A DNA stretch of 64,000 bases from Zootoca vivipara (lineage: Eukaryota): contig NC_083287.1 of assembly GCF_963506605.1 (NCBI RefSeq), forward strand, positions 27,652,001-27,716,000, given 5' to 3'. A model generated the notes under the pieces. That model was given only the letters and a program-made list of their open reading frames with translations. It did not search any database and was not told the DNA's origin. Shown here in pieces: positions 24,030 to 37,047 of this stretch. Both the position numbers and the translations under genes were made by a program. Each line of letters starts with the position of its first letter. The stretch's first letter is position 1.

Positions 24030-24147
24030 CAAAATAAAAACTTAGTTGGTCTTTAAGGTGCTACTGAAGGAATTTTTTTATTTTACTTCGATCCAGACCA
24101 ACACGGCTACCTACCTGTGTCCAGGGGTCCTTTACCTTTTACCCTTT

Positions 24148-24702
24148 GCAATAGCAAAAAAGGCTAATGCTACCCCAGGCGGCAGCAGCCAAAGTATACT
24201 GTCCAGAGCAAGGGACGTAATGATACCGCTCTATTCTGCCTTGCTCAGACCACACGTGGAATACTGTTTCCAGTTCTGGGCACCACAATTTAAGAAGGAT
24301 ATTGACAAGCTGGAACATGTGCAGAGGAGGGCAACCAAGATGACCAAGGGTCTGGAAACCAAGCCTTAGGAGGAACAGTTGAGGGAGCTAGGTATGTTTA
24401 GCCTGGAAAAGAGGAGACTGAGAGGAGATGTGATGATAATCTTTAAATATTTAAAGGGCTGTCTCATGGAAAATGGAGCAAGCTTGTTTTCTCCTGCTCC
24501 AGGTGGTAGGGCTCAAACCAATGGATTCTAGTTACAAGAAAGGAGATTCCGACTAGACATCAGGAAGAACTTTCTTTCAGTAAGAGCTGTGTGACAGTGG
24601 AAGGTTGGGAGTTTGTGGACTCTCCTTCATTGGAAGTTTTTAAACATATGACCATCTGTAATGGATGCTTTAGTTGTGATTCCTGCATTGCATGGTGCTG
24701 GA
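24148..24702 (+). mobile_element. CR1 LINE 3' fragment
   Basis: AKKANA...IPLYSALLRPHVEYCFQFWAPQFKKDIDKLEHVQRRATKM; 3' end GATTCCTGCATTGCA. Confidence 0.92.
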
Positions 24703-25050
24703 GTGAAACAACTGTTATCTCTGGTTTAGACATAACATTAAGGCCAGGGATCATGGTTTGTCTTGTCCTCACTAGTATGTGGAGGAAACAGACAGCTCAG
24801 ATAGCTGTGTTCACTGTGAATCATTAAGTCTGGTTTGCTGTGACATGAAACTGGGTCAATAAAAGAAATATAGAATTCAGTGTCAGTTGAAAAATGGTCA
24901 TATGTGTGCACAACCCATGTGTAATAGAGGCCTTGTGCCTGCAATGATCTTCATATATTTTTAGAAATTTATGTGCCACCTTTCAAAACAAAATATTACG
25001 TTTCATCCTAAAATACTCAGATATAGATAATTCCCCGTCTTCTTCCACAG

Positions 25051-25204
25051 ACAATTGACTTAGAAGGATTCAAGTTATTTATGAAGACTTTCCTGGAGGC
25101 TGACCTCCCAGAAGAATTTTGTGAGCACCTATTTACCTCATTTGGCAGCAAAATCCCTTATAGTAGTCCTATGGTAAAGACTAAGCCTCCGCTCCTTCCA
25201 GGAG
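25051..25204 (+). CDS. DGKB: DGKB coding exon 4: [51 protein letters not shown]
   Basis: cttccacag / GTAAGT, 154 nt, type I DGK N-terminal domain. Confidence 0.96.
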
Positions 25205-25705
25205 GTAAGTAAATAGATAAAATGTGGTTTTCGGCTGTCTTTGCTATTGTTATTACTGGACCTATCATTATAGTTTTGGTTAAGGTCAAGGATTTAATGA
25301 AAAGGCTTTAATACTCCTTAGTGACTCACATCTTTTAGGAATGACTCAGCCTTCAGCTAGTGGGAGAGGGAGAAAAACAGCAGTCACAACTTTCATTTGG
25401 GCAGAGAGGGATAAAGGGTCAAGTCAGGAGCTTTGCTGGAGTTAGCCGTACTGAATGTAGTCTTTAACAAATACATGTTTGAAATGTTGTAAGAGGAAAA
25501 GCCATTGTTCGGGGAACAATTTGACAAGGGAATGGTTAATACCCCCAGCTGATTCTCCAATCCAAACCACTCTCCTTAAAGCAATGTTTTCAGTGGAACC
25601 AGGACATGTGGTTCAACCCGCAAGATGCTCAGTGGACAACCTTAGGTCCAAGTTTCATAGGTGCTTCCCAGTATTTTATTCATCTACTCTCCTAATATTT
25701 TTACA

Positions 25706-26344
25706 TGCGGCCCCAATCTCCATGAGCGGTGCGGGATTCCAGAGGCTGCAGGCACGCTTACCAGGGTCTGTGTTCCCTTTTGGGACAATGAGGCACAGCA
25801 GAGACTGTGATGTCTTTATGTTATATGGGTTTTATTTAGACATATGTACAACCTGACCCTAGATGCCGGGATTGCAGAGCATTCACATCCTATGAAGGCC
25901 TGGCTGCCCTCTCGAGGGCAGCGTTGGATCCAAAGGACAGTGAAAGGCCTTCCTCTGTGTCTCTTCGCTCCAGTCTGTTTTCCCCTGTTCACATGGAGTT
26001 CTGCCCCTCCTCCTCCTCCCTGCTAACCGACACTAGGAGCCCCCCCCCACAGCCTACACAGCTCAAAGTTGAAATGCTAAACCTGTGCTTTGCATCTGTC
26101 CACTCCCCCTTGCCTGGCACTCTTGCCCTCTAATGGTTTCCTTGATGGGCCACCACTGGCCTTTCCAGCTAATGGGCCATCCAGCTGGCATGACAAGTTG
26201 GCTTGGCTTGTCAGCATAACAATCCAGAGGGGGTTCTGTATTTAGCAACGTTTAATCAGAACTTGATTAGATCTGGCGTTTACTACATCCAGGTATTATG
26301 GGGTGAATCTGGCACCCAGGAATTTAGGTGAATCTGGCCCCACA
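25706..26344 (-). mobile_element. Possible solo LTR
   Basis: TG(C)GGCC...GGCCCCACA termini, AATAAA on the minus strand (~25830), GC shift; TSD unclear. Confidence 0.45.
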
Positions 26345-26870
26345 CAAACACACAACGTTATTCATTAAGCACTGAAGGTTACATGGATAGAAGGCCTCTG
26401 CATTTTCTATTGAAGCACAAGGGCTTCAGTATACAGCTTAGTTCTTATTTAGGCTCCCCCCCTCCACTTCTAGCACTCAATGCCTATTGAAATTACTGTG
26501 ACCAGATTGTATTTGTATTCCTGCCGTGGTTTGTACAAGGACATTAATTGTCTTGTTTTTGTTTGGATAATGTGCTCTTCGGGGGATTGCTGTTAATTAA
26601 TATGTACTAGGTTTTGTTCCTTGTACTAAGCAAATAAATGGTGTGTTCTAAAAGGGCTTTTTGTGTCCAAATTGCCTTCAAAGACAAAAGTTGCACATTC
26701 AAATTACACTATGCTGTTTTTTTAGAAAAGTAACAGCAGGTAAGTTTCCATGAAGGTGCAAATATTCTCAGAGTTAACCTGAGGAGCAAAGAACCAGTAG
26801 TATAGTACCGTTAATTAAAAACATTTGGACACCTAACAAAATAAGTGAGAAAGCTTTTGATTCATTTAAG

Positions 26871-26874
<4 letters not shown>

Positions 26875-26944
<70 letters not shown>

Positions 26945-26955
26945 CGCGCGCGCGC
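26875..26955. repeat. (TC)n(TG)n(CG)n microsatellite
   Basis: Direct reading. Confidence 0.97.
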
Positions 26956-27730
26956 TTATGAGCATGGTGAAAGGCTCTAGTTTGCAGTTTTTATAATGGG
27001 GAAACCTAGCCTTCTAACAGCTCTCAGTTCCCAGGATTATTGGGGAGAAGTAATGACTGTTTACAATTGTATCAGTGGACTCGGGTCTTTCTGACTCTCC
27101 TCTCCATCCATCTACACTTGCACTTAACCCAGCCTTCCAGAACTATCCCTGTTCCTTCTAAGGAGTTTAATGGCAGGTTACTTTCAACTGATGCTTTCCA
27201 CCAGGCTAAGGAGTTAAGGCATCTTTGGTGTTTGGGGCAGCTGCTATTCTCTTCCTCACATTTGTATCTGAAAAACTGGTGGGAATAGCAGAACACAGAA
27301 TACCGCATTGTCTGTACTCCCTTTTTGTTATCCTAGCAGAACTTTATCCTCTTGTTCTCCAACCTCCCTCCACTCTTCTGCCACTTTCTCAGTGTCTAAC
27401 AAGAAAGAAAAGCAGCTACTGAAAAGATTGCTCTGTTGCTGTTTTCCTTCCTTCTAATGGAAATGCTGGCAGTTCACTTGGGTAGTGGGGGTGAAGAGGG
27501 GGCTGGACTGTGGAGGAGAGGCCCAGATCTGTCCCAAGGAGGCAGTGGTTCTCCACTCTAGGTTTTGCCCATCGTTGGTACAAAAAAAGGTAACAAGTTT
27601 CACAGATGCTACAGGGAGAAATAAGTTTTTCTGAGCAGGAAATCCAATGTGGGAAGTCGTTTTTTAAAAGTTCTGTTTTATTGGTAAGCATTTGTTATTT
27701 TATTTTTTAAAAATGTGAATATTATTTCAG

Positions 27731-27868
27731 GCTTGCGAATTACTAAAAGCATGACACCATCTCGCCCACCACCTTCCACTTTGCACATACCAGAAGTTAT
27801 CCAGTTGAAAGATATTGTTTGTTATCTTTCCCTTCTTGAAAGAGGAAGACCTGAAGACAAACTAGAAT
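27731..27868 (+). CDS. DGKB: DGKB coding exon 5: (G)[45 protein letters not shown]
   Basis: tttcag / GTATGT, 138 nt, [22 protein letters not shown] signature. Confidence 0.96.
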
Positions 27869-27901
27869 GTATGTAGTACATGTAAAGTATATAAATGCTG
27901 G

Positions 27902-27902
<1 letters not shown>

Positions 27903-27946
<44 letters not shown>
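27903..27946. repeat. (TG)n microsatellite 35 nt after coding exon 5
   Basis: Direct reading. Confidence 0.97.
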
Positions 27947-27950
<4 letters not shown>

Positions 27951-28610
27951 AAATTCAGTTAACCAATGGCAGTTATATCTAATTGTTGCAAATTTGAGGT
28001 GTAAAAGATGTTTATGACAATTTGTTACAATCTCCTTTCAAGGTTTATTGACCGATATATGAGGATACAGTATCTATAATGTGACTATATACAGTAAATT
28101 GATTTTCTGAAGCTTTGCTTTCAGCTTTCTCTCTTAGGTTTTATAAACTCAAGTGTGTACCTATTTATTTGGATCATAGAGGAGGTAAATAGAGAGGTTT
28201 TACTCAGAGTACACCCATTGGACCCATTTCAGTGGGTCTACTCCGAGTAAAAGTTAATTGAATTCAATCAGTTATGAAAATTCAAATGCCAGAATGTCAC
28301 AAATTTCCCACTTTTTTAAAATAAAAAATGTAACATCAGTATTTGATCGTGGCCCATACTCATCAATGTGATCAACTTTAACATGAAAATGACGTGACAC
28401 ATTTTCACAAACCCTGCATCAGCTGATGGTAACTGTGTGTTTGTTTGTTTTCAGATTTTTCAGATTTTGGCAGTTAACATACTTAAAAGATGTGGGATTA
28501 ATAAAACCGATTTCAGCTCATTTTGTAGAAAAACTCTCAGAGGCAAGGGCTCGACCATTAGCACCTGTGCTATTTATTGTGAGATATCCAATGCATGTCA
28601 TATTCATAGT

Positions 28611-28955
28611 AAAGGGACCCCTGACCATAGGTCCAGTTGTGACCGACTCTGGGATTGTGGCACTCAGTTCACGTTATTGGCCGAGGAAGCCGCCATACAG
28701 CTTCCAGGTCATGTGGCCAGCATGACAAAGCCGCTTCTGGCAAACCAGAGCAGCACACGGAAACACCGTTTACCTTCCTGCTGTAGCGGTACCTATTTAT
28801 CTACTTGCACTTTGATGTGCTTTCGATCTGCTAGGTTGGCAGGAGCTGGGACCGAGCAACGGGAGCTCACCCCATCGTGGGGATTCAAACCACCGACCTT
28901 CTGATTGGCAAGCCCTAGGCTCTGTGGTTTAACCCACAGTGCCACCTGTGTCCCA
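28611..28955 (-). mobile_element. Sauria SINE
   Basis: Full body; 14-bp TSD GTCATATTCATAGT (28597-28610, 28956-28969). Confidence 0.94.
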
Positions 28956-29971
28956 GTCATATTCATAGTGGACCCATTTAAATCAGTTGACTTAAATCCA
29001 TTGGTTTCAATGAATCTCCTCTGATTACAACTTGTTGGGTATCACTCATTATCTGTGGCTGTTGAAGCAGTTTGTTTTCCAGGTGATGTTTTCCAGATTT
29101 GCTACCTGTAGAATGGAAATGATCCAAACTCAGTTGGAACCCAAAGATGGATCATTGTTCCATTAGACTGCAAGTACGGTTGAGCTCATAATGTCATTTA
29201 AATGCAGAAAGCAACTCAAAGAGAGAGGTGGCCGTACCTGCAAAATAAACCCATTATGCAAATCTGTGGACCAAAACGTTCAGTCTATCTAGTTAAGCCC
29301 TTTGGGGTCTCGACCTTCTCCACCTTTAAGAGTGTGTAATATTGATTGATTTGCTCTCCTTTCATTAAAAATCTTGAATGTTTTCAGGTCTTTGATGCAC
29401 TTTGCAGCAGTATGAGTTGTTAATAACATTTGCTGTGAAATTGTAGACAGTAGGCTCTATCTGCTGGAGATTCAGGTTCACTGCAAGCTGAGAGATAAGA
29501 GTCCCCCCCCCCCACTCTTGTCCGGTTTGTAAACTACATAACCTGCCTAAGGATGTCATGTGAAGCACTTTATTTTCTGAAGATCATGACGACTATTTCA
29601 TTCATATGGATCCAACTGTATAGTCTTCTTAGTGTGATCCTTTCTGTTATATTTTATTAAAATGCGTGGTGTACGTGTACATGAATGAGAGGTGGGTGGA
29701 TGGATTTCTAAGGCCTGGTTTGCATGCCCTGCGGTTTAATGTGCATGAGTGCTTCCCTTCTCCCACCTGACACATTGGCTGTGCCACGCAGGGGAAGAAC
29801 AAACCAAAGTTTGGCTTGTGTTGTTGTCTGAACCTAGGCTGCTGGTTTGCTTCTCTCTAAATATAACATGAGTGGCAAGCCAAGGTTTGTGTTTGCCTTA
29901 TGCTACTTCTGACTTGTTTGTTTGTGGCTGCCTGTGCGGCCCAGTAGGAGTGGGAGAGAAGCAAAGCACCT

Positions 29972-30100
29972 NNNNNNNNNNNNNNNNNNNNNNNNNNNNN
30001 NNNNNNNNNNNNNNNNNNNNNNNNNNNNNNNNNNNNNNNNNNNNNNNNNNNNNNNNNNNNNNNNNNNNNNNNNNNNNNNNNNNNNNNNNNNNNNNNNNNN
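29972..30100. other. Assembly gap (129 N)
   Basis: Run of N. Confidence 0.99.
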
Positions 30101-30464
30101 TAACATAGAATGCAAACCGGGCCTAAGACTGGTTCACAGAAACGGCTTTCCTTCTGCACACATGGACCCCACGCTGTCCCCTGGTTATGGATTTATGGAA
30201 ATCAAAGAATGTGTGTGCTAACCACTCTCAGATACAACTGGCCCATGAAGCCATGTGATATTCGAATGTGGATATTGGCTATACCTGTAAATTACCCAGT
30301 TCACATGTGATCCACATAAATTCATTTTCTGTACAAAAATATGATTTTTTTTAAAAAAAGAAATAAGTTGTGAGGGGAAGTAAGATGCGCACACGTCTCC
30401 AGCATACATACGATAGGTGATTGCAATGATTGATCTAGTCTGGTTTTTCAAGGAGAGGGTATAG

Positions 30465-30600
30465 CAGGCATCCCCAAACTTCGGCCCTCCAGATGTTTTG
30501 GATTACATTTCCCATCATCCTTGACCACTGGTCCTCTTAGCTAGGGATCATGGGAGTTGTAGGCCAAAACATCTGGAGGGTCGCAGTTTGGGGATGCCTG
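30465..30600. mobile_element. 136-bp hAT MITE
   Basis: TIRs; perfect 8-bp TSD GGGTATAG. Confidence 0.92.
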
Positions 30601-31010
30601 GGGTATAGGGTGGGGAAGGGAATTGATACCTCTAGTGAATATTTCCCAGGTTGGGCATTTGCTGTTTCATTACAGATTCTTGCTTTTAAAATATTTAATA
30701 TTTAAATATTGCTGAAAACGGAGTTGAAATATATGTGGTTGCCCTCAATCAGAAAAAGATGATTGGTTGATTCGGGTGAAACCTTAAATCAGGGCTGTGG
30801 AAACTGTGGTCATTCAGATGTGTTGGACTGCAGCTCCCTTCGCCAAATGTTGCTGCAAATGGTGGCAGTATGTGGGAGGAGGGTAAATTCTACCATTGGT
30901 TTTAGTATAGCTTAATTCTGAGTAGCGTTCTGATCTATTGATGATGTAAATTAAAAATACGAGCTCATTGCTTTCTTACATAATGGTTTTAATATTTTCT
31001 TTCTCCTTAG

Positions 31011-31060
31011 TTATGTTTCGCTTGTATGACACAGATGGGAATGGTTTCCTGGATAGCTCG
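31011..31060 (+). CDS. DGKB: DGKB coding exon 6: (F)MFRLYDTDGNGFLDSS, EF-hand 1
   Basis: ctccttag / GTAATT, 50 nt, DxDxNG EF-hand loop. Confidence 0.97.
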
Positions 31061-31958
31061 GTAATTTTATTAATTCATAGCAGCATTTGTTAATGTTGTA
31101 ATGTGACAGAAACGGAAAACTTGTAAGAATTTGCAGGTGTTTGTGTTAAATACACAGCAGATAGTTTCATCGAAATTGCAGCTGTAGAGTTTGATCCCGA
31201 CTAAGCTGTTTGCACTTTGTGGGTCTTGCTGAGTCATAACTGATGTCAGTGGGAACTAAGTCTCGCTGAGCAAATCACTGAAGTGATCTCACAAGATCAC
31301 TTTGTGAGGAAGTTCTTTCCACTTGCTGAACCTTTTAAATTTAAAACAATGTAAGAAATCCATGTAAATGAAACAGGGATTTGTATAAGCAAGGCAAGAA
31401 AATAAACAATTTGGTCCATTAACCAACAATAGTTGGTTTTCTAGTGGCAGCTTGGAATGAAGCACTTAAGTTGTATGTAGTTGTGCAGAAAAAAATAAAT
31501 ATTTGCTTCCATGACTCCACAGAGACAGCCATGTTTATTTGCACAGTTGTTTTTTTCCTGAGAGCAACAGTACATGATGTTACTGTTGGTATATAAAGCT
31601 CTCAACAGCTTGAAACTAGTTTACTTGAAGGATTACCTCACCCCATATATGCTTAGATCTATGGAACTGGCTTTTAAACAAGAAATGGATCTTTCTGTGT
31701 GGTACCATCAATACTTGCCAATCCTGCTTGATTCTGTAGTCCCTTTCTGCTTTCAGTCGTGTTCCAGCATGAAAATTCTAAAATGTTATTTCTACAAGAT
31801 GAGTTAAAACATTTTCAATTAAATTTTAAAATACTTGTTTAGTTTGTGTTAAAACAATTCAATTCACTTCATTAAATTTAAGGAGAGATGTGCATAAATT
31901 AGCAAGTATTTTTGTAAGTATGTTTAACAAGGATCATGTATCTTTCTTTCATGCCTAG

Positions 31959-32033
31959 GAACTGGAAAACATTATCGCTCAGATGATGCACGTTGCAGAA
32001 TATCTTGAATGGGATGTCACTGAACTCAGTCCA
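31959..32033 (+). CDS. DGKB: DGKB coding exon 7: [25 protein letters not shown]
   Basis: cctag / GTAAGC, 75 nt. Confidence 0.96.
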
Positions 32034-32174
32034 GTAAGCATTCCTTCAGGTCAATGATTTAATTAATAATGAAAGTATCTAAGGACTGCTTTGAATAATT
32101 TTATTTAAGGTTAACGTTTTGTTTGCTTGCTTATTTAAATCATTGCCATAGCACTTGTTATATAAAAAATATGT

Positions 32175-32266
32175 AGAAGAAGAGTTTGGATTTGATATCC
32201 CACTTTATCACTACCCAAAGGAGTCTCAAAGCGGCTAACAATCTCCTTTCCCTTCCTCCCCCACAA
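32175..32266 (-). mobile_element. 3' tip of a SINE/LINE with L2-type tail
   Basis: Minus strand GTTAGCCGCTTTGAGACTCC...GGGATATCAAATCCAAACTCTTCTTCT. Confidence 0.55.
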
Positions 32267-33036
32267 TAGTTTTATGCACATAAAACTAAAACTGCAATGC
32301 ACATATTGCAAAATATTTATAATAAATTGTTATTTATTTTAAAAAGTCATTAATACAAGTTGCTAACGTATACTGAAATGAGTGCCTTATCACGACACAC
32401 TTCTCCGCTCAATGCCACTCATTCTCTTGACTCTTACCATGAGTCCACCCAACCACCTATCTCACGAGGGTTCCTGGAACCTGCTGACCTAGTCTCTAAC
32501 TCAAGGCTTGCTTTTATGGGTAGGCACCAAGGGGGATGCAGCTGCCTCAGGATGACCACAGCTGTTTCTCATTTAGCCACTCTAGGATGCATCACATTTA
32601 GTTTTATGAGTTTCCCATGAGGACCAAAGAAGGGCAAATAGGACACCTCTCTGCTCGCAGTCCTTTCTCTGACCTCTGCTTACCTCTCCTTCTCCAGCTG
32701 CTGTACTGTTACAGCAGAGTGGCTTGAAGTTAAACCTCTTGGCTTAATGTTGCCACAGACGGCAAAGTAATGGGAACTTAATTCAGCATCATTTATGACT
32801 GGAGAATGGTCCTGAGTGGTTGAAGCAGCAGCTTCTGCCTGCTGCTGTCATATTAAAATGTGGTTAACTTTGCCATGGACAAAGGTTTACCCCATTTGAG
32901 GTCTTAAAATAAGATGCAAGGTATTTTTTAATCGCACAAACACTTTATCTCTGAACTTGACAAGTGCCTTCTGTTGCATTTAAGTTTTAGAATCTCCTGA
33001 TGAAAAGACTGCCTGGGTAGAAAACAAAACCCTTGC

Positions 33037-33614
33037 TTACTTATCAAACCTTTATTAGGCATTTTACAAATAAAACCATAAAAGAGAAAANNNNNNNNNN
33101 NNNNNNNNNNNNNNNNNNNNNNNNNNNNNNNNNNNNNNNNNNNNNNNNNNNNNNNNNNNNNNNNNNNNNNNNNNNNNNNNNNNNNNNNNNNNNNNNNNNN
33201 NNNNNNNNNNNNNNNNNNNNNNNNNNNNNNNNNNNNNNNNNNNNNNNNNNNNNNNNNNNNNNNNNNNNNNNNNNNNNNNNNNNNNNNNNNNNNNNNNNNN
33301 NNNNNACCTGCTCCTTGGAGGACTGCTACTAAAAACTCGGCTACCCCCGCCGTTACCCTTTGGTCAACGTCAGATAGGCAGAATCCCACACTTTCATCTT
33401 GCTGGGGTTCCAGACCAACCCAAAGAGGGGACAGCACATGTTGACGGAGCGTATTATACAATGGACAATGAAAGAGAATATACTCTACAGTGTCCGGGAC
33501 ATTCATAGAACATCTGCAGAATCTCTTGTTTCTAGGAATGTTTTGATATCTTCCCCTGACAAATGCCGAGGGAAAAACATTTAGACGGGCCAACATAAAA
33601 GCCCTACGTTGGGC
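33037..33614 (-). mobile_element. RTE-X-like LINE 3' fragment spanning a 215-N gap (33091-33305)
   Basis: RRAFMLARLNVFPSA..GRY..IP...RFCRC.....TVEYILFHCPLY zinc-knuckle end; 12-bp TSD CAAAACCCTTGC. Confidence 0.75.
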
Positions 33615-33694
33615 CAAAACCCTTGCAAGGCCTGCTCAGGGAATAGGTACAGCAAGTGACTCATTAAGTGTGGCAAAATATACAGGTATATTTT

Positions 33695-33823
33695 TAGTTA
33701 CAGGTAGGTAGCCGTGTTGGTCTGAGTCGAAACAAAATAAAAAAATTCCTTCAGTAGCACCTTAAAGGCCAACTAAGTTTTTATTTTGGTATGAGCTTTC
33801 GTGTGCATGCACACTTCGTCAGA
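33695..33823 (-). mobile_element. Short Penelope 3'-end fragment with hammerhead core
   Basis: Matches 23995-24118 of the long copy; core reads CTGACGA...GAAAGCTC. Confidence 0.88.
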
Positions 33824-34472
33824 CTTCAGACTTCCAGTCTGTTTCCCTAACTACACCCTTTTTATACAGTTGATAGTTAAACTGTAAAGAGCTGTGATTC
33901 AAAAGGGAAGAGGAAAATAATTATATTTGAATTTGAGTTCCTTTGTGCTATTACATAATGATGAAGTGCAGTGGTCATGACTGTAGGGAAGAATCCACTG
34001 GCAACTGGGTTTAGCTGAGCTAATGGAGTGGAGACCACACTATCATACCTCCCCTTTAGATGCAGCCTGATGGAAAGGGATCATGCCCTTTGTAGAGATC
34101 TGATGCTCTCAGATGACAGCAGGCCATAATTTTCACAAAAGCACACCTTAACTGTGTCTAGGTTTTATCTCCCCTTTTCCTTTTTTTTTTACTATTATAA
34201 GGAAATTAGGAGTAAATTTACTATTATAAACAAATATTTACTATTATAAACAAATCAGTTTTTTTTAAAGCGATTTTTCAAAACTTCCCTCTTTGCTACT
34301 CAGAATTTCAGCGATAGAATTGAAGGAAGCACTACTGGGAGATGTAAACGACGCTAACGTTGTTTTTAAAAATGGAGAAACAAAACAAAGCAAATATAGG
34401 TTAAAAGGCTATACTGTTCCATATTCTAATGTAAAATTGTCTCAAGTGAGAAAAGACATTTTCGCTTTATGA

Positions 34473-34778
<306 letters not shown>

Positions 34779-35438
34779 TAAACCCAGCATGTGATTGCTT
34801 TTTTTTGTTTGATTGTTTAAGCCAAACCCTTAGTGGGCACCTCCGGGAACGTTTTAAGGGACTAGGTATTCCTTTTATCCTGGAAATCTGAAAATAATGC
34901 ATGATAGGGTGGCTATAAAAAAAGAAGGGCTCTACTCTCTCCCTCTTCTATAGAGCATTAAAACAAATAATAGGATGCTTTGTATGGCAGCAGTCTATGC
35001 CTAACTGACAAGTGTTGTTGTGGGTGGGGTTTCATCACTCTTTCTGACACAGAATTTTATTGTTGTGAACTGCTTTGGAAGCTGAAAGAGTGTCTGGATA
35101 TGGGAGCTAGATGCAAACACTCATGAAGAATTGCCCAGTTTGGATAGGCAAAGGGTTAAAACCTGCCTTCCCCAAGCCCATGGTCCTGGTGTCAATCATT
35201 CCCCATGGTAGTTCTCTTTAACAGGAAAAAGGAAGAATGCAAAAGCCAGTCATGTGACTAATGTATTTCTGGATTGCTTCCTCGATCTCTTACCTTGGCC
35301 ACTGAAGCTTCTTTTAGCCCCTCTCATTTTTTTCTTTTGAAAATACTACCTTAAAGTGTTGGCCATGCTTAGCTTTGGAACCACTGGCTGTATAAATTAA
35401 TACAGCCCTCAAAAAAGTTGGCATTCTATAATTTCTAT

Positions 35439-35982
35439 TTGTTGTTGTTGTTGTTTAGTTGTTTAGTCGTGTCCGACTCTTCGTGACCCCATGGACCAGA
35501 GCACGCCAGGCACTCCTGTCTTCCACTGCCTCCCGCAGTTTGGTCAAACTCATGTTCGTAGCTTCGAGAACACTGTCCAACCATCTCATCCTCTGTCATC
35601 CCCTTCTCCTTGTGCCCTCAATCTTTCCCAATATCAGGGTCTTTTCCAGGGAGTCTTCTCTTCCCATGAGGTGGCCAAAGTATTGGAGCCTCAGCTTCAG
35701 GATCTGTCCTTCCAGGGAGCACTCAGGGCTGATTTCCTTCAGAATGGATAGGTTTGATCTTCTTGCAGTCTATGGGACTCAAGAGTCTCCTCCAGCACCA
35801 TATTTCAAAAGCATCAATTCTTCGGCGATCACCCTTCTTTATGGTCCAGCTCTCACTTCCATACATCACTACTGGGAAAACCATAGCTTTTACTATACGG
35901 ACCTTTGTTAGCAAGGTGATGTCTCTGCTTTTTAAGATGCTGTCTAGGTTTGTCATTGCTTTTCTCCCAAGAAGCAGGCATA
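35439..35982 (-). mobile_element. BovB (RTE) LINE 3' fragment
   Basis: MTNLDSILKSRDITLLTKVRIVKAMVFPVVMYGSESWTIKK...IDAFEIWCWRRLL; (CAA)n tail; 12-bp TSD TATAATTTCTAT. Confidence 0.95.
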
Positions 35983-36615
35983 TATAATTTCTATATAATC
36001 CATTAAAAATGCAGCTCTCTTACTGAATTAACAACTGTTTTAGTTTGGAAAAACCATATAAGTAGAAGGAAGTAAATATTTTTAAATGCCTTGAAGAAAA
36101 ATAATGTTATTGTGAAATAATTATCCCTACCTTATTTTTCATTCACTTTTTTATTATTTCCCTTATTTAGTTCATGCTCTTGCAGCTTCTCTGCAGGCAT
36201 AGTTCTTACTGGGATAAATGGGAGATTTGCCTGCAGAGCAGCTGCAAAATTGACTAATAATAGTAATAATTATTATTATAATTGCATTTTTATGCCACCT
36301 TTGGTACTACAATTAGGATGCTGAACAAAACAATTAAGATACAATGCCATTACATGGATTGATTAACTAGATCATATTTACATAATGCAACTATCAAAAG
36401 TTGTTTTCTTTAATGTGCTATTTGTAAAAGTCATTAGAAAACAAAATTCACAAAAACTTAATAATTAATTTCTGTTATACTAACCCAAGAAGTCTTTGAT
36501 GCCTTCTAGTTTCAATGAACCAAGTCTGCACTTCCCTTTTGGTATCTTTAGCATTATGAAATATACTTATTCTTTACTTAGATTGCCTTATACCAAGGGC
36601 TACAGCCCAGAGGGT

Positions 36616-36970
36616 GGGATGCAGGAGGCGCTATGGGTTAAACCACAGAGCCTAGGACTTGCCGATCAGAAGGTCGGCGGTTCGAATCCCTGTGACGGGG
36701 TGAGCTCTCATTGCTCTGTCCCAGCTCCTGCCAACCTAGCAGTTTGAAAGCACATCAAAGTGCAAGTAGATAAATAGGTACTGCTCCGGTGGGAAGGTAA
36801 ACAGCGTTTCCGTGCGCTGCTCTGGTTCGCCAGAAGCAGCTTAGTTATGCTGGTCACATGACCCGGAAGCTGTACGCCAGCTCCCTCAGCTAGTAAAGCG
36901 AGATGAGCGCCACAACCCCAGAGTCATCCGCGACTGGACCTAATGGCCAGGGGTCTCTTTACCTTTACCT
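36616..36970 (+). mobile_element. Sauria SINE
   Basis: Full body with ACCTTT tail; TSD TACAGCCCAGAGG. Confidence 0.94.
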
Positions 36971-37047
36971 TACAGCCCAGAGGTAGAGCATATGTATGCT
37001 TTGCATGGGAAAGGTGTCAGGTTCAATTCCTACCAAAACCAGTTAGG

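Larger units (their letters stand above)
22701..24117 (+). mobile_element. 5'-truncated Penelope-like element (likely Neptune clade) with an inverted pseudo-LTR copy
   Basis: 12-bp TSD TGTCCAGGGGTC (22689-22700, 24118-24129); 22701-22964 is the reverse complement of 23814-24077; RT C-terminus plus GIY-YIG ORF between the arms. Confidence 0.93.
22337..24147 (+). mobile_element. Sauria SINE interrupted by the Penelope element
   Basis: Head ...GCAGGTGGCGCTGTGGTCTAAACC runs to 22700; tail CTTTACCTTTTACCCTTT resumes after 24129. Confidence 0.9.

Noticed and set aside
29857-30221. ORFs spanning N runs (also 32928..33617)
   Set aside because: Length inflated by assembly gaps.
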